Source: Cenarchaeum sp.
GTDB lineage: Archaea > Thermoproteota > Nitrososphaeria > Nitrososphaerales > Nitrosopumilaceae
Direction: 5' to 3'
DNA: 64,000 bases
Assembly: GCA_965242695.1 (NCBI GenBank)
Contig: CBDESU010000001.1
Coordinates: forward strand, 192,001 to 256,000
Made by a program: the position numbers and the translations under genes
Notes under the pieces: generated by a model
What the model was told of the DNA's origin: nothing
Database searches by the model: none
Seen by the model: only the letters and a program-made list of their open reading frames with translations
In this document: positions 1 to 10,989 of the stretch, piece by piece
How the letters are laid out: each line of letters begins with the position of its first letter
Numbering within the stretch: position 1 is the stretch's first letter

Positions 1-363
1 CTCCTGACCTGCCGGCATGGCGGCGGTGTCGCGCCGGTGATGCACATCAGCCCGCCGCACGCCGCTCCGGCATATCCTGTACCCATTTACACCGCCCTCC
101 GATCGCTTGATCGATACACCTGTCACTCCTACCCCTCCCTCTGCGCGGCGCGCGCCGGCGATGCCTTCCATGCGTTTGCTTGGGTGTCTCAGGCGCGGAT
201 GCCGCCAGTGACCTGAATGCCTACTGAATTTCTGCGTCTGCTCGCCGCTAGCACTAATATACTCGGCATTTTTGCGCCTCTTTGTGAGCCTCACACCGAC
301 AGCCAATGGCGACGCACGCGGTTCAGGAGCGAGATCACGTGCGCCCACTAAACGTGCACAGAA

Positions 364-465
364 GGGGGGGGGGGGGAGGAGAAGACGGCCACCCGCACCA
401 CGCGCAAGACGGCCACCCGCACCACGCGCAAGACGGCCACCCGCACCACGCGCAAGACGGCCACC
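364..465. repeat. G13 homopolymer followed by a 24-bp tandem repeat (AAGACGGCCACCCGCACCACGCGC, about 3.5 copies) upstream of mod
   Basis: G run at 364-376; identical 24-bp units from 382 to about 465, ending just before the AT-rich promoter-like TTAAACAGTATA. Confidence 0.9.
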
Positions 466-531
466 ATTAAACAGTATACGCATCCCGACAATGCAAGGCT
501 GAACAACCCTCATGTGGGCATTGCCAGCGCG

Positions 532-2925
532 ATGCCAGATCAGACCGAGGCCGCTAAGTATAAATTTGATCCTGAGTTAAACCCGCAATTGATGTGGGCC
601 GGTAAAGATGAAAATCATGAATTCGAGGTAGATCTTGTTTCTTTGCATGTACATGAGCGAATTGATCCATTGACCATTGTTAATGGGATGACTAAAATGG
701 ATAAGTTTAAGCAAGAAGAAGTTGATACATTTTTTAATTCTGAGCCAAATAAGCTACCATTACGTGATGCAGTGGATTTTTATAAACATGATCAAGGTTG
801 GTCTAACCGATTAATTGCTGGTGATTCATTGCTTGTCATGAATTCACTCTTAAAAAAAGAAGGCCTGCATAATTCAATACAAATGATCTATATTGACCCT
901 CCTTACGGAATTAAATACTATTCAAACTTTCAGCCATTTGTTAACAGTACAACAGTTTCTGAAAATGATAGTAGCATATCGCGAGAGCCGGAAACAATTA
1001 AAGCATTTCGTGATACTTGGGAATTAAACATACACTCATATCTGACATACCTACGAAGTCGTTTACTGTTGTCAAAGAAGCTCTTGAGTGAGACCGGGAG
1101 CATATTTGTGCAAATTTCAACTGAAAACATGCACCATGTACGGGAAATTATGGATGAAATATTCGGACCCGAAAATTTTGTTTCAAATATAACATTTCGA
1201 AAGAAAGGAATGCCTCTTAAAGTAAAATATTTAGAAAGCGCCACCGATTACATTCTCTGGTATGCTCGGAACAAGTCTGAGATGAAGTATCACAAATTAT
1301 TCGAGAAGAAAAAAACTGAAGGTGACTCTCACTGGAACATGGCAGAATTACCTAGTGGTGAAAGAATCAAATTAACACGCGAACAAATAGACAATCACTC
1401 GTTGCTTCCTCGAGGATGTGATCTGATTCAGCTAAATGGCATGTACCCTGCGGGTGTCAATCAAAGCGGGACATTTAAGTTCAAATTTAAAGGAAAAATA
1501 TACCGCCCACCACCAGGACATAGCTGGAAAACTAACAGTATTGGAATGGAAAGACTGATCCGGGCAAATCGTCTTGAGCCATATGCTGATGGATCAACAA
1601 TTCGATACGTGCTAAAGCTCAGCGATCATCCAGTCACTCCCTTGGTGAACATTTGGAGCAACACACCGCCCGCGACGGATAAAATATACGCAGTGCAGAC
1701 TTCTAACAAAGTCATACAAAGGTGCATTTTGATGACGACGGATCCCGGAGATTTGGTTTTTGATCCTACCTGTGGATCAGGAACCGTTGCATATGTTGCT
1801 GAGCAATGGGGCCGACGGTGGATTACTTGTGACACATCACGTGTAGCGATCACGTTGGCACAAAAACGACTGACTACATCCACATATCGGTATTACAAGC
1901 TTGTAGATTTGAACAAGGGGGTATCTGGAGGATTTCTATACAAAAAATTCAATCATGTGACACTTGGCTCCATTGCAAATAACGAAACGCCAACTGTCGA
2001 AACATTATATGACGATCCTCTTGTCGATCACGACATTACTAGAATTTCCGGACCTTTTACGGTCGAAGCCGTACCATCCCCTATTGTTAAATCGCTAAAC
2101 ACACTACACAAAAAATCTAAAATGCTAACTTTTGATGAGATAGAAGTGGCTAACCGACAAGATGCGTGGCGGTCCGAGTTACTTAAATCTGGAATTCGTG
2201 GACAAAAAAACCAACGAATTAGTTTTATACGTATTGATCCATATCCGTCCACACGATGGATTCACGCAGACGGCGAAACAACGCAAAATCAACGTGTTTT
2301 TATATCGTTTGGTCCCGAACACGCGCCACTAGAAAAGCGGCAGGTTGAACAAGCCATCAATGAAGCTGTCAAACAAATTCCTAGGCCATCTATGTTAATT
2401 TTCGCAGCAATGTAGTTTGATCCTGAAGCATCAAAAGACATTGACGAAACCAATTGGTCTGATGTTAATATCCTAAAAGTTGAGATCAATAAAGATCTAT
2501 TAACGCGTGATTTACGGAAAAAAAACACCAGCGATGAGTTGTTTTGGCTCATGGGACAACCAGACGTAGAGCTAATCAAGCAAAATGACCGACAATATGT
2601 TGTCGAAGTTTGTGGATTTGACTATTTCAATACAAAGACCGACGAAGTAGAATCTGGAGGTCCTGACAAAATAGCTATGTGGATGCTTGACACAGACTAT
2701 GATGGTAGAAGTATTTATCCTCAACAGGTATTTTTTCCGTTTGACAAAACTCACGCATGGAAAAAATTAAAAGCGAGCTTAAAATCTAACATAGATACAA
2801 CACTTGTAGATAAATATAGTGGGACTACATCAATACCATTTTTACCAGGAAAAAACAAAACAATAGCTGTTAAAATAATTGATGATCGTGGTGTAGGATC
2901 GCTAAAAGTTATGGAGTTGAAATAA
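532..2925 (+). pseudogene. mod: Type III R-M methyltransferase (Mod) interrupted by an in-frame TAG at 2413-2415
   Basis: IYIDPPY (motif IV) and VFDPTCGSGT (motif I). The frame continues past the TAG as FAAM*FDPEASKDIDE...FWLMGQPD...IAVKIIDDRG to TAA 2925; ORF 2539-2925 is the same frame. Start could be GTG 514 or ATG 532. Confidence 0.85.
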
Positions 2926-2926
2926 C

Positions 2927-5704
2927 ATGGATGATTTTTTTGATGAGGTTATCATTTCTAGTCCATACTACGAACCTACCAAGTACTGGGATTATAGCCA
3001 AGTACATGAACGGCCTGTTCTTGCCGATGGTCGGCGCCCCTCGGGCTTCTTTGTACATACCACAAAGCCTGGTGATCGGGCTACTCCATTGCCCCTTCCT
3101 GGTACCCTGCGCTCTGACACCATGTCACATTTTTCATCGTCTGAACATTTTGTTTTTAAAGAGCTAAAGATCGTTAACACTATCCGCAAAAAAGTCAAAG
3201 AATGGCGCCTGAATAATTATCCGGGCGTCACTAGTACCACGCGCGATCTATTAAGATATTGGCACAATGATAAAACACGTTCTCGCCGACTATTTTTTTG
3301 TCAACTTGAAGCAATTGAAACGATGATTTGGTTGACTGAAACGACACACGGTATAAAACAACGCACTACATTGCCCACGGATGGTGGACCTTTTTCACGC
3401 CTCTGCTCTAAAATGGCCACTGGTACTGGTAAAACACTTGTTATGGCGATGCTAATCAGTTGGCAAATTCTTAATAGTGTGACCAACCCTACTGATAATC
3501 GATTCTCCAAAAATATACTGGTTGTTGCCCCCAACATAACCGTACGGTCACGCCTCAGCGTTTTGAAATTATCTAAATCGAGTATATATTCCAAATTCAA
3601 TTTAATCCCAAAATCCTATTATCATCATCTTTATGATGGAACTGTAACAATCCATAACTGGCATGCACTAGCTCAAAAAAATATCTCAAAGCACATGGTT
3701 GTCAAATTTAATCAAGAAAGCCAAAAATCTGCCTGTACGAGGATTCTTGATGATTCTCGTGCACACGATATCATAGTCATTAACGATGAAGCGCATCATG
3801 CATATCGTCTTACACAAGACAATAAATCATTAAAAAAAGACGAGCGGGTTAGAAACCGACTATGGATCGAAGGCCTTGACATGATTCATAATGAACGTGG
3901 AATAAAACACTGCTTTGATTTTTCTGCCACACCGTACACACCTACTGGAAAAGACCTACCGGAAGATGCCATGTTTGACTGGATCGTGTCCGATTTTTCA
4001 CTATTTGATGCAATTGAATCTGGTCTTACCAAGACGCCCGGAATTGCAGTTTCGGATGACTCTACAGCTAAACAAAGGCTTGGTAATACTAAGTTTTTCC
4101 ATATTTTTCGTGATGATAATGTACGACGTAATATGACTAAAAAACCCACTAAAAAGTCTGATCCATTGCCCCAACTTGTGATCAATGCGTACAAAGTACT
4201 TGGTGAAGACTGGGTAAAAACCTGGGAAAAGTGGACGGCCAAAAATTTCCCCATACCTCCTGTACTGATCACCGTTTGCAATAGCACTGACAGCGCGGCA
4301 CGAATTGCCCACTCGTTTTTGACTGGGCGGCTCTTACTCCCTGAACTGTCCGATCAATCCCATATTCTGCATGTTGATTCAGTAGAGATTAACAAAGTCA
4401 ACGTAAGCTCTTTGAGTGTGGATGATTTGTCATCAAAGAACCGGGATCTTCGACGAATAGTTGACACAATTGGTTTGCCAGACGAGCCGGGAGGAAAAAT
4501 ACGGAACATTATCGCGGTTCAGATGCTATCTGAAGGTTGGGATGCACGTAACGTGACACATATAATGGGTTTGCGAGCGTTTACGAGTCAATTGCTTTGC
4601 GAGCAGGTTGTAGGTCGTGGTCTGCGCCGAATGACATACGATGCTGACTCGAACGAAATGCTTCCGTACGAACCCGTCACAGTTTTTGGCGTCCCTTTTT
4701 CATTACTTCCACAAAGGGTACACCGCCCCTCGCCCTCACCTGATCCACCTTCTTACGTTAAAGTCCTTGATCATCGTATTAAACATGAAATTACATGGCC
4801 TAATGTAGAGCGTGTGGATATTGAACTGAATCCACTGTTGACAATAAAGTGGGACGATGTAAAAATATTAGAATTAAGTGTCAAGGACACTGCTACAACT
4901 GTGCATATGAGAGACTTATTACCGAATAAACCTGTAAGCTCGATCAGTAAAATCGATTTACATGATCTGGATGTAAAAATCCGTTTACAACAAATTATTT
5001 TTTTAGCATCAAAGGATGTTTTTAATAATTTGACTCATCTCTGGTCCGGCGATAAAAATTATCTGATCTTTCAAATCGTACTTATTGTCGACGAATTTAT
5101 TAGGAAAGAGAAAGTTGTTGTGACTGATGTATCTGATGATCGACTAAAACGAAATTTTACTATTATGCTTAATATGGGGAGCATTGTTGAACACGTTTGT
5201 TCATATATTAAAAATGCCAGCAAATCAAAAAGATCCATTCTTCTCAGCAGTGCCCACCCTGTGTTGTCTACGGCAAGTATGGAAATGTGGGCTACACAGC
5301 GCAAAACCATCAAAACAACAAAATCTCATATTGGACTTGCAGTTTGTGATTCAACATGGGAGGAACGAACAGTCAACGAATTGGAGCATAACCCTCATGT
5401 TGTATCATGGGTTAAAAACGATCATATAGGATTCTTTATTTCTTACAACGATCAGGGTGTAATTAGACAGTATTATCCAGATTTTTTAATAAAATTAGAT
5501 AATTCTGTTATGCTGGTATTAGAAGTAAAAGGATTGACTAAGAAGTCACCTGTAACCGCATTAAAGAAAAAAGCATTAGAAGATTGGGTAGATGCCGTTA
5601 ACGATAATGCCACTTTTGGGACATGGCGCAGTGACATAGTTTATGATCCTGCACATGTTGCTAGAGTTATTGAACGTCATAGCTCGTTAAAAGTCTCCGT
5701 TTAA
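2927..5704 (+). CDS. res: Type III restriction endonuclease subunit (SF2 helicase plus C-terminal PD-(D/E)xK nuclease)
   Basis: KMATGTGKT, INDEAHH, MLSEGWD, QVVGRGLRR, YYPDFLIK...LEVKG; starts 1 bp after the mod stop. Confidence 0.92.
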   Translation: MDDFFDEVIISSPYYEPTKYWDYSQVHERPVLADGRRPSGFFVHTTKPGDRATPLPLPGTLRSDTMSHFSSSEHFVFKELKIVNTIRKKVKEWRLNNYPGVTSTTRDLLRYWHNDKTRSRRLFFCQLEAIETMIWLTETTHGIKQRTTLPTDGGPFSRLCSKMATGTGKTLVMAMLISWQILNSVTNPTDNRFSKNILVVAPNITVRSRLSVLKLSKSSIYSKFNLIPKSYYHHLYDGTVTIHNWHALAQKNISKHMVVKFNQESQKSACTRILDDSRAHDIIVINDEAHHAYRLTQDNKSLKKDERVRNRLWIEGLDMIHNERGIKHCFDFSATPYTPTGKDLPEDAMFDWIVSDFSLFDAIESGLTKTPGIAVSDDSTAKQRLGNTKFFHIFRDDNVRRNMTKKPTKKSDPLPQLVINAYKVLGEDWVKTWEKWTAKNFPIPPVLITVCNSTDSAARIAHSFLTGRLLLPELSDQSHILHVDSVEINKVNVSSLSVDDLSSKNRDLRRIVDTIGLPDEPGGKIRNIIAVQMLSEGWDARNVTHIMGLRAFTSQLLCEQVVGRGLRRMTYDADSNEMLPYEPVTVFGVPFSLLPQRVHRPSPSPDPPSYVKVLDHRIKHEITWPNVERVDIELNPLLTIKWDDVKILELSVKDTATTVHMRDLLPNKPVSSISKIDLHDLDVKIRLQQIIFLASKDVFNNLTHLWSGDKNYLIFQIVLIVDEFIRKEKVVVTDVSDDRLKRNFTIMLNMGSIVEHVCSYIKNASKSKRSILLSSAHPVLSTASMEMWATQRKTIKTTKSHIGLAVCDSTWEERTVNELEHNPHVVSWVKNDHIGFFISYNDQGVIRQYYPDFLIKLDNSVMLVLEVKGLTKKSPVTALKKKALEDWVDAVNDNATFGTWRSDIVYDPAHVARVIERHSSLKVSV

Positions 5705-6158
5705 ATATATTTTAAACCCTGTCACGTGTTACCACATATGTATCGATTCCAGAAGAGACTTTTGTCGAGTCACGTAGCTGCTGTCTTTGCTACCACCTGC
5801 CTGATGCCTTGAACACATCTCTTTTTATAGCCCTGCAAAAACTATCACTCCTGTCGCTGTAGACAATGCCACTGCGGTGGCTCTTATCTGCATGTGCTCC
5901 TCACACCATTGCCTGCTATTGTTTCCACACTGTCCCTATGACCATCGCCATCGACATTGGGTTCTCGTGGGGCCTGTCTATGGTGGGGGCCAGGTCGCTA
6001 GCGTTGACCCTTCTAAGCGCGCAGTATTTGGCCTCGCTGATCTGCCGCGGCCTACGACCAGATGCCTGTATCGACGGATCGGATGGGGTGGGAGTGGGGC
6101 AGGAGCACCACATCCATTAGGATCCGTCTATGTCGTACAACCCCCGCCGTAGCGTGAA

Positions 6159-6398
6159 GCCGCCCGGCGCTGCGCTGACGCGGGGCCTCTGCCCCTGTTC
6201 GGCGCCGGGCATGGGCCGCCCGGCGCTGCGCTGACGCGGGGCCTCTGCCCCTGTTCGGCGCCGGGCATGGGCCGCCCGGCGCTGCGCTGACGCGGGGCCT
6301 CTGCCCCTGTTCGGCGCCGGGCATGGGCCGCCCGGCGCTGCGCTGACGCGGGGCCTCTGCCCCTGTTCGGCGCCGGGCATGGGCCGCCCGGCGCTGCG
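6159..6398. repeat. Perfect 56-bp GC-rich tandem repeat, 4 copies plus a 16-bp partial copy
   Basis: GCCGCCCGGCGCTGCGCTGACGCGGGGCCTCTGCCCCTGTTCGGCGCCGGGCATGG at 6159, 6215, 6271 and 6327, partial at 6383; no spacers. Confidence 0.95.
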
Positions 6399-6427
6399 TC
6401 ATTCCACAACTTTGTAACAGGTCACCC

Positions 6428-6438
6428 ATTTAAATAAA
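6428..6438 (+). promoter_or_regulatory. Archaeal TATA box for the FTR1 gene
   Basis: TTTAAATAAA about 25-30 bp upstream of GTG 6459 in otherwise GC-rich DNA. Confidence 0.6.
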
Positions 6439-6458
6439 ATCGGCCTGCCGCCTGCCGC

Positions 6459-8753
6459 GTGGCCCGTGCCGTGACGCGCGCTGTGGCGCTGCCGCTTGCC
6501 GTCGCCGCATCGCTTCTGCTAGCGCTGCTCGCGCCGGCCGACTCGCACCAGGCCGGCGATGCGCCGCCGCCCGGGGATCGCGCAATGTTTGCCGCCCAGC
6601 CAATGTCGGTACTGGAGGGGGCAAGGGCCGGCCTGGAGGCGTCCGGAGCGCTGATCGCCGCCGGCGACGCGGCCGGCGCTCGGTACGCCGCCGAGTTCTC
6701 GGCCGGCCACTTTGCGCAGGGCATGTCCGGCCTAGACCTGGCCGGGGTCCCGCCAGCCGACGTGGCCGACGTGCACATTACGCTGCTAGACCTCCCGCCG
6801 CTTGCCGAGTCGGGCTCGGCCGGCGACGTGGATGCCGCCGCGTCCGCCCTCGGCGGCCTCGGCTCGCCCGAGTCGGACGCCCGCCTGGCCGTCGTCGAGC
6901 TGCTCACGGCCGCCGACGAGCAGTACGCCGAGGCGTCCGGCAGCGGCAACGAGGCGGCGTACATGATATCCGCGGCGCTCTTTGAGAGGGCGCGCGCCAT
7001 ATTCGAGGGCTCGGCCGACGAGTCGTCGATGCTCGACGTCGAGCAGCTGTCGTTCTTTGCCGACCTGACAGACGCGGCCGAGTCGCGCGGCAGCTTTGTA
7101 AAGGTCGGCACGCTCGTCGGGGCGATCCAGAGGGACCTGCTCGGCACGGACGTGCTGGAGCACGACCAGGATGCGCTGTACGAGAACATACGGCGGCTGT
7201 ACGCGCAGCTGCTAGAGGCAGTCGACGCCGGCGACTACGAGCTCGCCGAGGAGCTCGCCATCGAGGCGTACCTGGAGAACTTCGAGTACCTCGAGCCGGC
7301 GCTAGAGTTCGTCGACGCCGAGTTCATGTACAAGCTGGAGATCGAGATGCGCGAGGACCTGCGCGACATGATAAAGGAGGGGCGCGATCCCGCGGACATT
7401 CGCGCGTTCCTCGAGGGGACGATACTCCCGTCCCTCAACCAGGGCCAGCTGAAGGTCGCGGCCGTCGCCGCCGCGTCGGCGTCGAACCCCGCCTGGGGGG
7501 CCGAGGCGGCCGAGATCGAGGGGGGGACGCAGTCGGCGCCGGCCCGCATGGGGCAGACGACGGGCGAGGAGCAGTCGGCCGTGCGCGACGAGATCGACTT
7601 CATCCGCGACAGCCTCGACGAGATGCTGGCCCACTACGAGGCGGGCGACACGAAGTCTGCGTACGCGGCGGCAAGGACTGCGTACCTGGACAGCTACGAG
7701 CACGTAGAGGTGCCGCTGCGCCCGATAGCGCCGGACTTTACGCTGGAGGTAGAGTACCAGTTCGCCGAACTGCGCAACCTGATCAAGCACGGGGCGCCGT
7801 ACGACGAGGTCCGCGCAATGGCGACGAACATCGAGCGCAACCTCGACGAGTCCGAGCGCCTCGTGACGGGCACCGGGCAGATCGCCCCGTTCATCGCGTT
7901 CTCGGCCTCGTTTGCGATCATATTCCGCGAGGGCCTAGAGGCCGTGCTCATACTCGGCGCCATAATGACGTACCTCGAGGCGTCGCGCAACAATCGGTTC
8001 AAGCCGTACGTGCACTACGGGGTGATCGCGGCGATCGCCGCCACGGCGGCCACGTGGTTCGTCGCCTCGTACCTGATCGAGCTGTCGGGGGCCGACCGCG
8101 AGCTCATCGAGGCCATCGCTGCCCTGTCGGCGACCGCGGTCCTGTTCTACGTGAGCTTTTGGATACTCAACAAGATCGAGCACAAGAAGTGGATGGAGTT
8201 CGTAAAGGCAAAGGTGTGGCAGGCGACGACGACCGGCGGCGTGATGGTCTTTGTCATGCTCTCGTTCTTCACCGTGTACAGGGAGGGGTTCGAGACGGTC
8301 CTGTTCTACCAGGCCATGTTCGGGTTTGCAAAGTACATGGAGCTGTACGTCGGCCTCGGCTTTTTGATCGGAATGGCGTCCCTGCTCGGCCTCTACTTTG
8401 TGATGCGGCGCCTCGGCAGGCGGCTGCCGCTGCGCGTGCTGTTCGGCCTCACGATGGGGATCGGCGCGTACCTGTCGATCGCGTTCCTCGGCAACGCGGT
8501 GCGCGAGCTGCAGGTGCTCGACATAGTCCCGTACACGTCGATGATCGGCACCGTCCCGCGCCTGGACATCAACATGGCCACCATGACGGGCATCTACCCG
8601 ACACTCGAGACGGTCATCGCCCAGATCGCGCTGCTCGGCGTGTACCTTGCCGGCTCGGCGTACGTGCTCGTACTCAGGCCGCGGCGGGCGAGGATGATCG
8701 CGCAGATGCGCAAGTCGAGGGCCGGTGCGGATGGCGATGGGCGGCAGCAGTAG
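6459..8753 (+). CDS. FTR1-family high-affinity iron permease with a large extracytoplasmic N-terminus
   Basis: Signal-like N-terminus; two RExxE motifs (FREGLEA, YREGFET); about 7 C-terminal TM helices; repeated AYLENFE/AYLDSYE helical domains. Confidence 0.9.
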   Translation: MARAVTRAVALPLAVAASLLLALLAPADSHQAGDAPPPGDRAMFAAQPMSVLEGARAGLEASGALIAAGDAAGARYAAEFSAGHFAQGMSGLDLAGVPPADVADVHITLLDLPPLAESGSAGDVDAAASALGGLGSPESDARLAVVELLTAADEQYAEASGSGNEAAYMISAALFERARAIFEGSADESSMLDVEQLSFFADLTDAAESRGSFVKVGTLVGAIQRDLLGTDVLEHDQDALYENIRRLYAQLLEAVDAGDYELAEELAIEAYLENFEYLEPALEFVDAEFMYKLEIEMREDLRDMIKEGRDPADIRAFLEGTILPSLNQGQLKVAAVAAASASNPAWGAEAAEIEGGTQSAPARMGQTTGEEQSAVRDEIDFIRDSLDEMLAHYEAGDTKSAYAAARTAYLDSYEHVEVPLRPIAPDFTLEVEYQFAELRNLIKHGAPYDEVRAMATNIERNLDESERLVTGTGQIAPFIAFSASFAIIFREGLEAVLILGAIMTYLEASRNNRFKPYVHYGVIAAIAATAATWFVASYLIELSGADRELIEAIAALSATAVLFYVSFWILNKIEHKKWMEFVKAKVWQATTTGGVMVFVMLSFFTVYREGFETVLFYQAMFGFAKYMELYVGLGFLIGMASLLGLYFVMRRLGRRLPLRVLFGLTMGIGAYLSIAFLGNAVRELQVLDIVPYTSMIGTVPRLDINMATMTGIYPTLETVIAQIALLGVYLAGSAYVLVLRPRRARMIAQMRKSRAGADGDGRQQ

Positions 8754-10989
8754 CGGGGGCGGCGACGGCGCCCACGGTGCGGATGCCCTAGATGCGGACG
8801 CCCCCGAGCCGGCGCGCCCCCGCGTCCGAATCGGCATGGACGTGGGCGGCACGTTCACAAAGGGGGTCGCAATCGACATGCGGACCGGCAGCCTGCTTGC
8901 ATCCTCGACCGTGCCCACGACGCACGCATCCGAGCGCGGCGTCTCCGAGGGCATAGTGGACGCGCTGGGGCGCATAATGCGGAGCGCCGGCATACGCGCC
9001 GGCGACATCGACCTCGTCTCGCACAGCACGACGCAGGCGATCAACGCCCTGCTAGAGTCCGACGCGCACAAGGTCGGGATCGTGGCGATGGGGGTGGGCC
9101 CCGAAAAGGGCGACGTGGTGCGGCGCACGAGGCTCGACGGCGGCAGGGGCGGGGGCAAGGGCGGCGCGCTGGCCGTCAGGGCGGCGCACCGCTTCCTGGA
9201 CACGTCGCACCTGATCACCGAGGAGGAGGCGCGCGAGGCCGTCGAGGGGCTGCGCTCCGAGGGCGCCGAGGCCATAGTGGCGACGGAGGCGTTCGGCGTC
9301 GACGACCCGTCCAACGAGCGGTTCGTCGCCGGCGAGGCGTCAAAGGCCGGCATGCTCGCCACCTCGTCGCACGAGATATCCGGCGTGTACGGGCTGGAGA
9401 TACGCACGCTGACGGCCGCCGTCAACGCCAGCGTGATGCCAAAGACGCTAGAGGTCGCGCGGTACGTCGAGGATGCGGTGCGCGGCGCCGGCGTCGAATC
9501 CCCCCTCATGATAATGAAGGGCGACGGCGGCGTGACGAGCATGGACACGTTCCGCACGCGGCCCATACTGACGGTGCTGTCGGGGCCGGCGGCGAGCGTC
9601 GCCGGCGCGCTGCTGTACCTGCGGATTGCGGACGGCATATTCGTAGAGGTGGGCGGGACGAGCACGAACGTGTGCATCATACGGAACGGGCGGCCCGAGA
9701 TGAGGTACGTGACGATACGCGGCCACCCGACCTGCGTGCGCTCGATGGACGTTCGCGTGCTCGGGGTCGCCGGCGGCAGCATGGTCGCCGTCGCGCGCGG
9801 GCGCGTGTCCCGGGTGGGGCCGCGCAGCGCCCACATCGCGGGGATGCGCTACGCCTGCCACGCCCCCGAGGCGGACATTGCCGCCGGCGAGCTCGTCCTG
9901 GTAAGCCCGCGCGAGGGCGATGCGCCCGAGTACGCCGCCGTCAGGTGCGACGGCGGGAGGACGTACGCGGTGACGAGCACGTGCGCGGCAAACGCCCTGG
10001 GGCACGTCGAAGAGGGCGACTACGCGAGGGCGGATCCGGGCGCCGCGCGGGCGGCCCTTGCAAAGCTCGGGTCCGCGATCGGCGGCGTGTCGTACTCGGA
10101 GGCGGCCACGTCCGTGCTGCAGACGGCGTCGTTCGAGGTCACAAGGGCCGTCACGGGGGCGCTCAAGGAGTTCAAGATGCGGCGCGAGGCGACCAGGATC
10201 GTCGGCGGAGGGGGAGGCGCGTCGGTGCTCGTGCCCTTTGTCGCAAGGCAGCTCGGCATGGCGTACGAGAGGGCCGAGCATGCCGAGGTCATATCGTCCA
10301 TAGGCGTGGCCTGCTCGATGATGCGCGAGGAGGCCGAGGTCTCGGTCGTCGACCCGTCGCCCGGCCGCATCTCCGAGGAGCACCGCCGCGTCAGGGCGGC
10401 CCTCGTCTCGCGCGGCGCGGTGCCAGAGTCGGTAGTCGTCGACAGCGAGTTCGTCCCGGAAAAGTCGCTGCTGCGAGTGACGGCGGTCGGCAGCGCGGCC
10501 ATGGACGCCGGCGCATCCGCCTCGGCCGGATCGCAGGACGGGCCGGGGGGAGGGGGCGGCCCGGCGGCGTTTACGCCGGAGGAGTCGCGCCGGCGCGCGG
10601 CCGAGACGATGGGGATCGACGAGGGGTCGGTAGACCTCACGTCCGAGTTCGACCACCACCTCGTCTTCACGGGGCACGTCGCCACGAGGCGGCTGTTTGC
10701 CAAGAGGAACAGGCGCAGCGTCGTCGTCATGGACAGGTACGGCAGGGCAAAGATCGTCCTCGGCAACGCGCGCGTCATACTCGGCGGCCGCCTGTCGATG
10801 CTCGAAGAGCTCGACGACTTTCTCGAGTCCCGGCCGTCGGGGATCGCCCCGAGGGTGTGCCTCGTCAACGACGCGCAGATGATGGACTTTTCGGGGCTCA
10901 CGTCGCCGGCGCACACGCTAGAGGCGGTAATGGCCGAGCTCGACGAGGGAGGCGGCGGCCGCGCAGCCGTCATAGTGGACATGTCGTGA
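8737..10989 (+). CDS. Hydantoinase/5-oxoprolinase alpha-subunit-like protein
   Basis: IGMDVGGTFT, HSTTQAINALLE, LSGPAAS, EVGGTSTN, GGGG, SSIG motifs; overlaps the FTR1 stop; start at 8725, 8731 or 8737. Confidence 0.85.
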   Translation: MGGSSSGGGDGAHGADALDADAPEPARPRVRIGMDVGGTFTKGVAIDMRTGSLLASSTVPTTHASERGVSEGIVDALGRIMRSAGIRAGDIDLVSHSTTQAINALLESDAHKVGIVAMGVGPEKGDVVRRTRLDGGRGGGKGGALAVRAAHRFLDTSHLITEEEAREAVEGLRSEGAEAIVATEAFGVDDPSNERFVAGEASKAGMLATSSHEISGVYGLEIRTLTAAVNASVMPKTLEVARYVEDAVRGAGVESPLMIMKGDGGVTSMDTFRTRPILTVLSGPAASVAGALLYLRIADGIFVEVGGTSTNVCIIRNGRPEMRYVTIRGHPTCVRSMDVRVLGVAGGSMVAVARGRVSRVGPRSAHIAGMRYACHAPEADIAAGELVLVSPREGDAPEYAAVRCDGGRTYAVTSTCAANALGHVEEGDYARADPGAARAALAKLGSAIGGVSYSEAATSVLQTASFEVTRAVTGALKEFKMRREATRIVGGGGGASVLVPFVARQLGMAYERAEHAEVISSIGVACSMMREEAEVSVVDPSPGRISEEHRRVRAALVSRGAVPESVVVDSEFVPEKSLLRVTAVGSAAMDAGASASAGSQDGPGGGGGPAAFTPEESRRRAAETMGIDEGSVDLTSEFDHHLVFTGHVATRRLFAKRNRRSVVVMDRYGRAKIVLGNARVILGGRLSMLEELDDFLESRPSGIAPRVCLVNDAQMMDFSGLTSPAHTLEAVMAELDEGGGGRAAVIVDMS

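Noticed and set aside
272-502. 76-aa ORF upstream of mod
   Set aside because: It is a translation of the poly-G and 24-bp repeat; low complexity
5866-6152. Short ORFs at the right edge of the R-M island
   Set aside because: No recognisable motifs; possibly a decayed gene remnant, but this cannot be supported
6159-6398. Possible CRISPR array
   Set aside because: Units are contiguous and identical with no unique spacers; no cas genes in the window
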